Positions 33,158-44,063 of a stretch of 64,000 nt of DNA are shown piece after piece. Source of the stretch: Picochlorum sp. SENEW3 (Eukaryota); contig CP120453.1 of the NCBI GenBank assembly GCA_034226945.1, positions 1,054,001-1,118,000 of the forward strand, written 5' to 3'. Position 1 is the first letter of the stretch; each line of letters starts with the position of its first letter. A model generated the notes under the pieces. It was not told where the DNA came from. It saw only the letters and a program-made list of their open reading frames with translations, and made no database searches. The position numbers and the translations under genes are program-made.

Positions 33158-35050
33158 ATGACAATGACTCGGAAAGATCCATCGTCCTTTTCAAATGTCC
33201 ACCAGGTGGAAATCAAACACTCTGATTTTGAAACTCGTGTTAACTTTCACACGAACGAACTTGATTGCTATTGCTGTCACTCCTGTACTCTTTTGGACGA
33301 ATCATGCCGTGAGGTAATTTTGGATACCCGGGATTTGTCCGTGACAAAGGCCTTGGTGAATGGCACAGTTGCTGAGTTTAAAACCACGAAACAGACTGCT
33401 GCACTGGGCAGTGCTCTAGCCGTCTCATTGGGACAAAATATGAGTGGAAGCTTTCGACTGGAGCTATGGTGGAAAACATCTCCAAATGCTCTGGGTGCTC
33501 AATGGCTCTCCAAAGAGTTGACGCTGGGAAAGAAGCATCCCTTCTTTTTTACACAGTGCCAGGCCATCCATGCTCGCAGTATTTTTCCATGTTTGGATTC
33601 CCCGGGAGCCAAATTTACGTACAATGCTGCTGTCAAAGTCCCAAAACCTTTGACTGCTGTTATGTCAGGGATATCAACCGACTTGGACCCGACGCCAGGA
33701 GAAGAAAAGCAGGGGCTTGTGTATTTGGAGGAAGAGGAGGAGACACATCAGATCTTCAGGTTTAAGCAAGGACGGTGTATATCAAGCTACTTGTTTGCTT
33801 TAGCTGTGGGTAATATTGCATATAAGGATGTATCGTCTACATCTCGAATATGGGCCGAGCCAGAGCAGTTGGATGCAGCATACAATGAGTTTATTGACAT
33901 CCCTTCATTCCTGGAGGAGGCTGAAAAGCTTGCTGGTCCCTACGTTTGGAAGCGATATGACTGTTTGGTATTGCCCCCTAGCTTCCCGTACGGCGGGATG
34001 GAGAACCCGACTTTGACGTTTGTGACTCCAACCCTGATTGCTGGGGATAAATCCTTGGTCAATGTGATTGCACATGAAATCAGTCACAGCTGGACAGGAA
34101 ATCTCGTCACGAATAGAGAATGGAATGGTTTCTGGTTGAACGAAGGGCCTACTGTATTTTTAGAGAGGAAAATCATGTGTGCAATGGAAGGTGGGGATGA
34201 TGCCCTGTTTGATTTCTTGGCGATTTTAGGGTGGAATGCCCTCGAGTCCACAGTTGAAGCGCTCGGTCCAGACCACAAATACACTCGTTTGGTGCCAGAT
34301 TTGGATGATGGCGCGGATCCGGATGATGCTTTTAGTAAGATACCGTACGAAAAAGGATTTGCATTCTTATATCATATCGAATCTATGGTGGGAAAGGACA
34401 ATTTTGCAGAATGGTTCAGGGCATATTTGAACAAGTTTGCTGATTCTCCACTTACTCCGGACGAATTTAAGCAGCATCTCGTCGAATTTTTCCACGAGAA
34501 AAACATCCACTCAATCGATGAATTGGACTGGGATGCTTGGTACTATAGTACAGGCATGCCACCTGTGACCAATGTATACGATGATTCTCTTGTGAAGCAG
34601 TCAAAAGAGTTGGCTCGTTCCTGGGCAGCCCATGATGGAAAAGGGACAGAAGCACCGATGGGTGGCGCTATGAATTCATGGCAATGTCTTCAAATTGTTG
34701 CTTTTCTCAACGAATTACTGACCTGTGCCAAGGAGTCTCCCCTACAGGTGTCCACACTGAGGGCAATTGAAAAGGCAGAAAAGGTCCTCCAGCCTCGCAT
34801 CCTCAATGGCGAGATTAGACTAGGTTGGTACACGATTTGCCTAGAATGTGGAGATGAGAGTATCTTGCCAGAGGTTGAAGATTTCCTCGGTGCACAAGGT
34901 AGAATGAAGTATTTGAAACCATTGTACAGGGCATTGTTTCGATCCTCAATTCCTAATGCACAGACACATGCTCGGGATTTATTCCAAAAGAACAGCGCTC
35001 ACTATCACCCGATTGCAATACATATGTGTTCAGGAGAGGTTGGACTCTAG
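33158..35050 (+). CDS. LTA4H: Leukotriene A4 hydrolase-like M1 leucine aminopeptidase
   Basis: DPSSFSN, QCQAIHARS, GGMENP, HEISHSW...NEG, PYEKG, GRMKYLKPLY. Confidence 0.93.
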   Translation: MTMTRKDPSSFSNVHQVEIKHSDFETRVNFHTNELDCYCCHSCTLLDESCREVILDTRDLSVTKALVNGTVAEFKTTKQTAALGSALAVSLGQNMSGSFRLELWWKTSPNALGAQWLSKELTLGKKHPFFFTQCQAIHARSIFPCLDSPGAKFTYNAAVKVPKPLTAVMSGISTDLDPTPGEEKQGLVYLEEEEETHQIFRFKQGRCISSYLFALAVGNIAYKDVSSTSRIWAEPEQLDAAYNEFIDIPSFLEEAEKLAGPYVWKRYDCLVLPPSFPYGGMENPTLTFVTPTLIAGDKSLVNVIAHEISHSWTGNLVTNREWNGFWLNEGPTVFLERKIMCAMEGGDDALFDFLAILGWNALESTVEALGPDHKYTRLVPDLDDGADPDDAFSKIPYEKGFAFLYHIESMVGKDNFAEWFRAYLNKFADSPLTPDEFKQHLVEFFHEKNIHSIDELDWDAWYYSTGMPPVTNVYDDSLVKQSKELARSWAAHDGKGTEAPMGGAMNSWQCLQIVAFLNELLTCAKESPLQVSTLRAIEKAEKVLQPRILNGEIRLGWYTICLECGDESILPEVEDFLGAQGRMKYLKPLYRALFRSSIPNAQTHARDLFQKNSAHYHPIAIHMCSGEVGL

Positions 35051-35107
35051 TGGTCATTTCTCACTCAATAAACAATAGAAGAATAAATAAATACGCAAAC
35101 AAAAATC

Positions 35108-36143
35108 CTATGAATCAAACCGTGTGACAAGAGGCACACCAGAGCAATTATCTAAAAGGTCATCAGCAGAAGATTCCTGAGGCATTTTGTGCCCAATGTG
35201 GCGGAGTCCAATATCATTTGTCAAGAGTAATCGAATAGGCCTCTTAAACATGTGCTGGCGAATCTTCACACCAGCAAGTGCCAACAACTTTTTCGATGCA
35301 GCATACTGATCGGCCAGCCTGCACAACAAAGCAGCATAGCATTCCAATCAGTCATCATATAAGAAATGTAACAGCAAAAATAGAGCATCACACACGACGC
35401 ACCGAAATTTTCCCGTCCCAGGAGTCTCTGCTTTTGGCTGAGCTTTATCCTCGTGGAAAATAATCTCTGCAATTCCAGCTTGAATCATCAGTTTGGCACA
35501 CTCATTGCAAGGGAACATGGTCACATATACTTTTGATCCCACTACAGACGCCCCATTCTTGTTCAGGATAGCATTCATCTCGGCATGGCATACGTAGGGA
35601 TACTTGGTATCCAGCTTGCTTCCATTTCGTGACAACTTGGCCCAGGGCAATTTTGAATCTGGGCACCCTCGGGGAAACCCATTGTATCCGATACCACATA
35701 TCACATTGTTCTGATCCACAATACATGCCCCAACTTGCTTATTAGGATCTTTACTTCGCTGAGAGCTCAGATATGCCACAGCCATGAAATAGTCATCCCA
35801 AGACAAGTAACTGCAATGATCACCGATCTGTTACACCACCATTCTTAGACACCGCATTCAATTAATGGTCAACGTACTCAGATCTAGGTCTTGGATCATA
35901 GGGATCTGCTCGACGCCCCGACCTACCGCCCTCGCATGAATTTGAATTCGTGCTTGTCGATGCCAACTTGTCAGGAGAATCACAATACGCCGGATTCTCG
36001 TACTGAATAGTCATAGGTTCATTAGGTGTTCTATTAGAACGAGTATCGCCGTTATATTTTACAATCGCGTACGTCACTGCCGCAGAGGACAGGGCAGCAG
36101 CAGCAGCAACAGTCCCAAACGCTACTAGATTTGACTGTTCCAT
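35108..36143 (-). CDS. DCTD: dCMP deaminase, 3 exons
   Basis: Introns 35877-35811 and about 35402-35319; [36 protein letters not shown]. Confidence 0.92.
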
Positions 36144-36191
36144 CCAAGCAGATCTTTTACAAGTCCGTATACATTAAAAAACTGAGGAGAA

Positions 36192-38306
36192 TCAAGGCGA
36201 TGGACGGGGTATTATTGTTTTCTTTTCTTTATCCCACGAGGCAGCAGTTTTCAAATCCAAATGAGTGTATCTGACAGAGCCAATCAACCTTTCAGGCAGC
36301 TCATCTGGCGCTTGGCCTTCAATAAGGGGCGATAGATCAACAACTAACGATGTGATTGAATTGACAACGAGCTTTGTGACATTATTTGCCACAGTATTAC
36401 TCGTGATGTCCACATCCATTTCAAAATAGGAGCACCCCTTTGCCGTTCTCCCTCTAAAATATTTGGAACTGAGTTTTTGCCCAAGCAATACTGGAGTCGT
36501 TCCAACGCTTTGTCTCACAACCCACGAGCCTTTCGCGACCCGAGGAATCAGTTTGAATTTTTTATTGCGTCTCTCATCATCTACAGCGTCGTCTCCCTGG
36601 ACCCACTCTCTGAAATTCTTAAAAAATGCTCTCAGTGATCCATCAACATCTTCTTCTGGCCAGTTTGCCAGCAATGTATCTATGTTTTCTTCCGTCGGAT
36701 CCACCGGACAAGTCCATACAGTCACAAGAGACTGGAGAGGATTATTTGGAAAGACAAGGTTGAGCACGAATGCATACGGCGCATCACAGAATTGCACCGA
36801 GGGCAGGTTTGCACCCACATGGAACAAGACCTGGTCACTGTCTATCAAATCACTGCTATACAATTCAAACACTGGTGATCTCGCCTGAACCTTGATCTTA
36901 TCTTGTAGATACGTTTTGCCTCTAATTTTGAGAAAATTGAAGCCAGGATACGACCAAAACCGCTTCTCGCAGCACCCTTGCTTTCCAAACACAGAGAGCG
37001 ATGTTCTGTGAATCGTCTCCTGCCTCCTCTGCTTCATCGATGCGGATGATTCCGAGTAGTCTATCCAAGTTTTAGAAATGTGTTCATGTGTTTCTTCTTC
37101 TAGCATATCTTCCTTCTCGTCATGCGAAAGCATCGATGGCATGACAGTAAACCGACTCTGTTCCAACCTATCCCGCAACAGAATGAGACTCATGAGCAAT
37201 GGCTCCATCACCTTCATTCGAACATACGCAAACAAGAATGGAAACAGTCGAGAAAATATCCCATTATTTGTCAACCAGCCTCCAGCATCAGCTTTCACCA
37301 CCAATGTCACAAGAGACTCTTGTGACAATTGCTCCTCATGATGGATATACTCATTCCTGAGGGGTGCAATCGTAAACCCTGCCGCAATAACATTGGCCCT
37401 CACCCCATGTGTCTCCGACGCCCCATACAAATCATCTTCAGGAACAGCCTGATACACGATGACATACGTTCCATCATCATCCTTCCTCCACGTCCTCTGC
37501 AGGACAGATTCACGGGGTGAAAAGAAAAATCCTCCCATCATGTTTGACAACCCCCATTTGATCTTTACTATCGACGTGAACGTATCAATACGTTTCAACA
37601 CCTCTACCGAATCTGCAAACGCCATCGTCCCTCCTACTTTCGAACTCTGATACCCACCAGACAAGAGACTCTTGAGGCATGCCCGAGGAGTTGACCGAAT
37701 CACCACTGATGACATCACCGCAGCATTCCCATCCAAATTATGTTCGCGAGCCTCCGTATAAATCGAAATACCGTTTATATGCAGAAATGTATTCCAAAGA
37801 TTCTCAGCATCCTGCTCTTCCCGGGACACGTGCCGCGATACCACCTCTGGCATACAAAACCGTGCCAGCACCTCCTTCCACGCAACAGCCTGGCCTCGAT
37901 CCTCAAAACACAACCGCAGTACACTCTTCTTCCAGGGCACACTATCCTCAGAGAAACACATGACGATCGAATACATATCAATGGTATCCTTGGAAGAATC
38001 CTGAAGAGTATATCGCCGTAAACCATGCTCATCGAATGAGACACCCACACTAGAATCCACCTGACACGTCTCCCCTTCACCCGAGTGTTTCTTCTTCGTC
38101 CGAACCACCCCAGCATCCGTATGAGGCATTAAGACAAGCCTAGCAGTATTCGTTGATGGTTTATGTTCAATTCTTCCATGCTTTCTCTTCACATATCCAT
38201 CCAATACGTGAGATTCGGCAAACACTGTTCCTGACACTAATTCGACGAATCCATCTAATCCTCCTCCTCCTCCTTCGCCTAATGGTCTATGATTCGTATC
38301 AGTCAT
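36192..38306 (-). CDS. EDR2-like protein (PH-like, START, DUF1336)
   Basis: START-like WRKDDDGTYVIVY; C-terminal IRGKTYLQDKIK, FKLIPRVAKGSWVVRQSVG, ELPERLIG. Confidence 0.88.
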   Translation of the reverse strand: MTDTNHRPLGEGGGGGLDGFVELVSGTVFAESHVLDGYVKRKHGRIEHKPSTNTARLVLMPHTDAGVVRTKKKHSGEGETCQVDSSVGVSFDEHGLRRYTLQDSSKDTIDMYSIVMCFSEDSVPWKKSVLRLCFEDRGQAVAWKEVLARFCMPEVVSRHVSREEQDAENLWNTFLHINGISIYTEAREHNLDGNAAVMSSVVIRSTPRACLKSLLSGGYQSSKVGGTMAFADSVEVLKRIDTFTSIVKIKWGLSNMMGGFFFSPRESVLQRTWRKDDDGTYVIVYQAVPEDDLYGASETHGVRANVIAAGFTIAPLRNEYIHHEEQLSQESLVTLVVKADAGGWLTNNGIFSRLFPFLFAYVRMKVMEPLLMSLILLRDRLEQSRFTVMPSMLSHDEKEDMLEEETHEHISKTWIDYSESSASMKQRRQETIHRTSLSVFGKQGCCEKRFWSYPGFNFLKIRGKTYLQDKIKVQARSPVFELYSSDLIDSDQVLFHVGANLPSVQFCDAPYAFVLNLVFPNNPLQSLVTVWTCPVDPTEENIDTLLANWPEEDVDGSLRAFFKNFREWVQGDDAVDDERRNKKFKLIPRVAKGSWVVRQSVGTTPVLLGQKLSSKYFRGRTAKGCSYFEMDVDITSNTVANNVTKLVVNSITSLVVDLSPLIEGQAPDELPERLIGSVRYTHLDLKTAASWDKEKKTIIPRPSP

Positions 38307-38396
38307 CTATTTATTCGACATTAAATATATATGTAATAAAAAATATGTCATTCTCGGCGCAATGCAGGGATTTTATGACTTCAGTCAGGACAGTTC

Positions 38397-39657
38397 TCAT
38401 GACTTCATGACACCAATGTATGGGAGCGATCGATAGTGTTGATCATAATCTAATCCATAGCCTACGACAAACTTGTCTTCAATCTCAAAGGCCAGCCAGT
38501 CGGGTTCAAATGGTACTTCTCGCCTCGATGGCTTGGACAGGAGGCTGACGAGTTTGACAGAGGCTGGGCTGTGCTGTTGGAAATAGGCAGTCAATGCCTG
38601 TCCAGTGAGACCTGAATCTACAATATCTTCAACCTACATATGGATGGACACATACAGTTGTTGAGTTGTATGATGGTATACACAAACAGTATCACCACAT
38701 ATTTTTTGGTGCGTGGCAAAGAAACACTCTTCTTCTGTTTTTTTTCTCTGTGTGTGTGTAGCCCGGCAAATAGTGAACACGTGCTGTGGGATGGCAGCTC
38801 GTATCCGTGGGTAAAGGCACGGTTGTCAGCCGGATACAAGAGTAGACTCTCGTATCGATCGATGTAGGCAACGGAAGCAGAGGGTATACTCATAATGGTG
38901 GAATAGACCACAGGCATTGTGTTGCCATGACAGCAGAGAGAATCTCAACACACACACATGGCAATAATAATAAGAAGAAGGTATAGATGGGGGTAGAATA
39001 GACACGACACATCCATACCCACACGTACCAATAAAATATGTCTACCTTTAATATCGTCGTCAGATAGGGTGGACATGGTGATGGACACCTGTCCAGACGT
39101 GGTTGTCCCACTTCCGTAACTGGATGCTCTGATGAATTCCAAACGCATGTTGGGTGGAACCGGTTGCATGCATCTCACTAAATCAGACATGAATATGGTG
39201 GATCCTTTGAGCGTCTACACATCAGCAAACGTATACATGGTATCAGCCTGAAGAATGAATGCATCCAGTAATATTGTGTATACACTATTACTCATAATAA
39301 GATTGAGGACGTACGGCGACAACCAGGGGCTCCTTATCCGCATATTCTTTCGCAAGCTCTCTGTAAGTACACAACCATATACATATATAAGTAGGCGATG
39401 CCAAGAAATCGCATAGCATATCCTGTTGTGTCTTTCGTTGACATGCATGCATGCCACAGAATGTTTTATTTTCGTTTTTCGTTCAACGCGCATGCCTGTT
39501 GCTACCGCATGGATATCGATGTCGATTTCTACTTGAAATAAACTCAGTATAATCTACTACTTCCAGGTAATTCAACAGTCTCGCACCTCCCAAGCTCTGT
39601 CACACGAAAAGAAAGTTCCTCCTCTGAGAGCAATATATCACTCAGATCAGGATGCAT
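38397..39657 (-). CDS. HPT: Hypoxanthine-guanine phosphoribosyltransferase, 4 exons
   Basis: Spliced: MHPDLSDILLSEEELSFRVTELGR / ELAKEYADKEPLVVA / TLKGSTIFMSDL...ASSYG...HILL / VEDIVDSGLT...FVVGYGLDY. Confidence 0.93.
38749..38958 (-). ncRNA. Candidate structured intronic RNA (snoRNA-like or cis-regulatory) in HPT intron 3
   Basis: GC-richer island closed by a (UG)5/(CA)5 stem, with several internal complementary segments. Confidence 0.45.
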
Positions 39658-39871
39658 TGTGATATCCTTGTTATTATTTCATCACGTTATTAGGCATTTG
39701 TTTGTGAAGTAAGGCATGGTTGAATGAATAAGAGTAGGTCTTGAGCGCATCCTATTCCGTAATATAATAGTTTAGAAACATATTAATGTATCTAAATACG
39801 ACATGCAAGCATTCTTGTGGCTCTCCACGGCAATACGCGTGAGCATTAATAATTACGTATTTGTATTCATC

Positions 39872-41357
39872 ATGGAGATGCAAACAGAGAATGATGGGGT
39901 GTATTGTAGCACTGCTGGTGCTGTGTTTCAGGAACGAGAAGCCTTGCAGGAACATTACAACTCTGAGTTTCATAGGTATGTGCATTCTCTTGTTCTGGTT
40001 TTTTCCTTTGAGCAGAAAAACATTCAAGAGGGTGGTGGTGTTGAGTGTCCAAGAGAGCATTGAGAGATGGGGTGTCGTTGCATGGTGCATGAGCACAATT
40101 CGCTTTTTTTTTTTTGCACGTGTTCTGTAGCATTCCTTTTCCTCTTTCTACAGAGCGTTGTACTACTATTACGAGTTATTATTATTATTATGTTTATGTT
40201 TATACTGAAAAAAGAAATGATATGGATGCTGCAGGTATAATTTGAAGAGAAAGGTGGCTGGGTTGCCCCCTGTGACCAAGGAATGGTTTGAAGCACGGAG
40301 GGCTCAGATGACGTCGTCGTCGTCGAAGAAGAATGTGCAAAAGATATGGATCGATCCTCTGTCGAAGAAAAAGTTTCTGAGTGAGAATACGTACGTGGCG
40401 TTTACAAAGTCGAAAAAGTATCAAGAGTTGGTGAGAAAGAGTGGCAAGCCTGCGCCAGAGCCTATTGTCCGCATCAAGGCTGTGGAAACGGATGGTAGAG
40501 CCAGTGTTCCGTCATCATCCACGGTTGGGCATGGTGCAACGCTTAAACCAGTTGCTGGAAGCATGGTGGATAGGTTGATGAAGAATGCAGAGAAGGATGA
40601 GGATGAAGAGGAGGAGGAGTCGGAATGGGAGACTGCGAGTGATGAGGAGGATCCGGATTCATGGGAGAAATGGGATGTATGTCGCTCCTTGTTTGATAAT
40701 CATACGAGTGGAACGATGGAGGAGAATTTAGAGTACATGTGGAAAACGTATGGATTTTACCTCCCAGATTCCAAGTACCTGAAAGATCCAGAGGGATTGT
40801 TGGCATATCTTGGAGCAAAAATGCAGTATGGTAAATTGCCATTGTACGAGTCGGGACTGAACCCAGATGCAAAGAGGATGGCGTCTCTTCATGGAGTGCA
40901 GCGGCATATGATTGATTCAGGAAAGTGCAAAATGCTCTATGATGGGAATGAGGATGAGTATGAGGATTATTATGACTATGGAGATGAGGAGATGGGACCG
41001 GATCTTATTATTGCGCCAGAGGATCTTCCATTCACTGCAACAGCTGGGTATGAGTTGGCTATTCCATCAAAGAAGGGTGACGGGAATGTCAGAATATTAG
41101 GGTCCAGAGAATTTGCAAGGTACTACAAGCAACGGCATAGAACTGGAGACACTAGAGCAAGCGCTTCTGCTGCATTAGTAGTATCCACATATAATCAGCT
41201 GACGGTTCCCATACTGGGAGATGGTACTGTCGAGGGAGTCCGTAGAGCAGAGCAGAAGAGAGTCATGAAGTGCAAACAGCGGGTAGAACGAGTTCGTCTT
41301 GCCGCCTCCCTCCGACGGAATGTCAATGATAATTTGCCAAAGAATGTACCATATTAG
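39872..41357 (+). CDS. REI1: REI1/ZNF622 60S maturation factor, 2 exons
   Basis: Intron 39976-40234 gives HYNSEFHR-YNLKRKVAGLPPV; YGFYLPD, VQRHM, LGSREFARYYKQ. Confidence 0.92.
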
Positions 41358-41537
41358 TCAATTGATTGTCTTCATACTACATGTTACATGTTAAGAATCT
41401 ATCTACAGGCTCACATTTCATGACCAACAGATTTTCATCGTTTCTCACGTGATAACAAGCATATCTATCATGAATGCACGCAAAGATGGCTATAAAAAAT
41501 CCAATAGGTCTGTAATGTATTCCACACAACAGCAAAT

Positions 41538-42308
41538 TTACTCCTTGTCCACCCTGACCAATGTACCGCGAATACGTCCAGTTCTCCTGGCAGCAATAAG
41601 ACCGACCTTCTGTCCTGGTGGTGCATCTCTGCGCACAGTAGATGCGTGTCCAATATGCTGATGGTTTCCTCCTCCGTGTGGATGCTCGACTGGATTCATA
41701 GCAACACCACGAACCTTTGGCCAGCTGTTGCGCTTGACGCGATACTTATGGTAGGCTCTTCCAGCCTTCAACAATGGCTTCTCGGTACGTCCTCCACCGG
41801 ACACCTGTCCAACGGCGGCACGGCATGCACTGCTGATAATCTTCTTACTTCCAGATGGGAGCTTTACACGGGTGATTCCAGCATCTGGGTTGTGGGCAAC
41901 AATGATGGCATAGTCACCAGAGCACTTGGCAATGGATCCTCTGTCTCCTGGCTTCTCTTCTAAGTTGCAGACAATTGTACCTTCTGGCATTTCACCGATA
42001 GGCTTGACATTTCCAATAGTGAGGGTAGCATTCTTTCCACAGTACACATACTGTCCAGAGTACACTCCCTCTGTTGCAATGAAGAGCTGCTTGTCCTTTC
42101 CAAACTTGTTCATGTTACGGAACTCAACCTTGGCCAAAGGAGCACCACGTCCAGAATCGTGGATAATATCAGTAACTACACCACGAATGTATCCGTTCCT
42201 CTCATTTCCATCCAAAGGTCTGAGCTTGGCAGCTCCCTTTCTGTGGGTGTTGTGGGATTTGAAGACGGATCCTCTTCCCTTTCTCTGTCCACGAATGACA
42301 CGTCCCAT
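41538..42308 (-). CDS. RPL8: 60S ribosomal protein L8 (uL2)
   Basis: [11 protein letters not shown]...[20 protein letters not shown]; 5'-UTR intron 42763-42309. Confidence 0.98.
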   Translation of the reverse strand: MGRVIRGQRKGRGSVFKSHNTHRKGAAKLRPLDGNERNGYIRGVVTDIIHDSGRGAPLAKVEFRNMNKFGKDKQLFIATEGVYSGQYVYCGKNATLTIGNVKPIGEMPEGTIVCNLEEKPGDRGSIAKCSGDYAIIVAHNPDAGITRVKLPSGSKKIISSACRAAVGQVSGGGRTEKPLLKAGRAYHKYRVKRNSWPKVRGVAMNPVEHPHGGGNHQHIGHASTVRRDAPPGQKVGLIAARRTGRIRGTLVRVDKE

Positions 42309-42356
42309 CTACACATATATATATATAGAAGAATACTTAGAGACGTGTGTTGTCGA

Positions 42357-42494
42357 GAATGTCAGGCACGTTTTCCAACGAGTGGGCCATGAATTTATCG
42401 ACGGCAGCCGAAACCCACGCAGACTCAGGAGACTGATATGAGATGGAAGCAAATCAAATACATAAATACAGATGACTGGATCTTATCAACCATC
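42357..42494 (-). ncRNA. Candidate H/ACA snoRNA in RPL8 5'-UTR intron
   Basis: Hairpin GAUGG...CCAUC, H box AUAUCA (42439-42434), hairpin with GUGGG/CCCAC, then ACA (42362-42360). Confidence 0.45.
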
Positions 42495-43219
42495 ATGCGA
42501 GATGTCGCACAACAATATCGCAAATCCTTGAATCGTGGCAAGGCGACGGCGGCCCCCTCATGGCACCTCCATCCCCCTCACAGCCACCTCACAGCCATCA
42601 CAAGTATCTAAATTGATTGTCTTTCCATCCCACAGAATCCTTACAGCATACGAAGGCTCTCTTCTTCACAGAAGACCATGTGCCGCCTCCATGGGTCGTG
42701 TTGCGAGGAATTCGCTCTTCTTCCAACAAGAGCCACCAGAATTTGCACTGGGCATTGACGTACCTTTATAAATATATATCAAATATTGGATACGGATGAT
42801 TGAGCGTATGGTTCGAGTATGGGAAGAACCATGGCACGCACGACGGTGTGATCAAATCGATTAGACTATCCGATTAAATCTATGCATTGACGGTGAATAC
42901 GGATACATCTTTGTATCTCCCATCAAACATACTTCTTGATAGGAGTTTTAGAAAATAAAACGATACTTCAGGTTGTTGCAACATCACCACTTGATGACTT
43001 GCACGTCACACGCGTGTGTTTTGTTTTCAATCCATCATCTTGTATATACAATATCTATATATCAGTTACATGCGTTACTACTACTATACATGCAGCAACA
43101 AGTTGAGCATTAAAAAAGAAACAGAAGAAGGAACAATAAAAAAAAGACAAGACACCACAAAAAACCATGCCATATCCATCTCAAGAAGAATGATTCAGCC
43201 CATTCGTTCATGAATTCAT

Positions 43220-43555
43220 TCACAATGGCTCAATGCCAGTTCCGAGCCAAGAATATAAAGCCGTCTTTATATCCAAGACAAGTTTTGCCAATCCATGAGG
43301 ATGTGTCTTTTCATAGTCCTCTTCTTCCTCCTCCTCCAGCTGACCTTGCTGCTGTTCCACCTGAACTGCTTCCTCCTCGAGTGGCAGTTCATCGCCTCTC
43401 TCCTGTCGCATTGGAGCTTGTTTCTTATGCCCATGGTGATGAGATTTCGATCCCTTCTTCAGTCTAGAATGGGCAATCACACGATCACGTGTCCGGGACT
43501 GTCGAGACACGACAAGGGCAGAGGGCCCTATTGGGGTTACAAGAATACGTTGCAT
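43220..43555 (-). CDS. Small hypothetical protein
   Basis: ORF with transit-peptide-like N-terminus and acidic middle; no recognised domain. Confidence 0.4.
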   Translation of the reverse strand: MQRILVTPIGPSALVVSRQSRTRDRVIAHSRLKKGSKSHHHGHKKQAPMRQERGDELPLEEEAVQVEQQQGQLEEEEEEDYEKTHPHGLAKLVLDIKTALYSWLGTGIEPL

Positions 43556-44063
43556 CGTATCCGAATACAAATAGGTTTGATATGAAATTTCAAGATGTAT
43601 TTCTTAATATCGTTCATTAATCATTGACAATGTAGGGTTTCTGTCTGTGTCATGTTTTTTTTCGACATTCTGCCTCGGGACACGTCATCACCGTCGATCG
43701 GAAGAGTCCTTAAATAGAAATGAACAGGTGTGTACTCCTCCTCCTCCTCCTCCTCCTCTGATCGAGTCTAATAATGTATAGATCATGAACAATGTTACGA
43801 TGAATTATTATCAATCTACGTTAGATTGCCAATCATCATCATTATCCCATGCATACTTGGGATTTGACCCACATGTGGGTGTGTACACTCATTGGATTGT
43901 CCAATGAAGAAGCAAGTGCCTGCTTTTTCCCAGACATGCCATTGCCTGGGACAGGGGCATTGTCATCTCATGATGCGTCCGAGTGACTCGCGCATGATTG
44001 ATCTGATGCACCTTAATCTTTATACAAATTGTTTATATATCGAAGGAATCTACTGCTGCTGCG

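Noticed and set aside
38808..38822. GCCUUUAC loop resembling U5 snRNA loop 1
   Set aside because: One U short of the invariant GCCUUUUAC, and no Sm site or U5 stem context.
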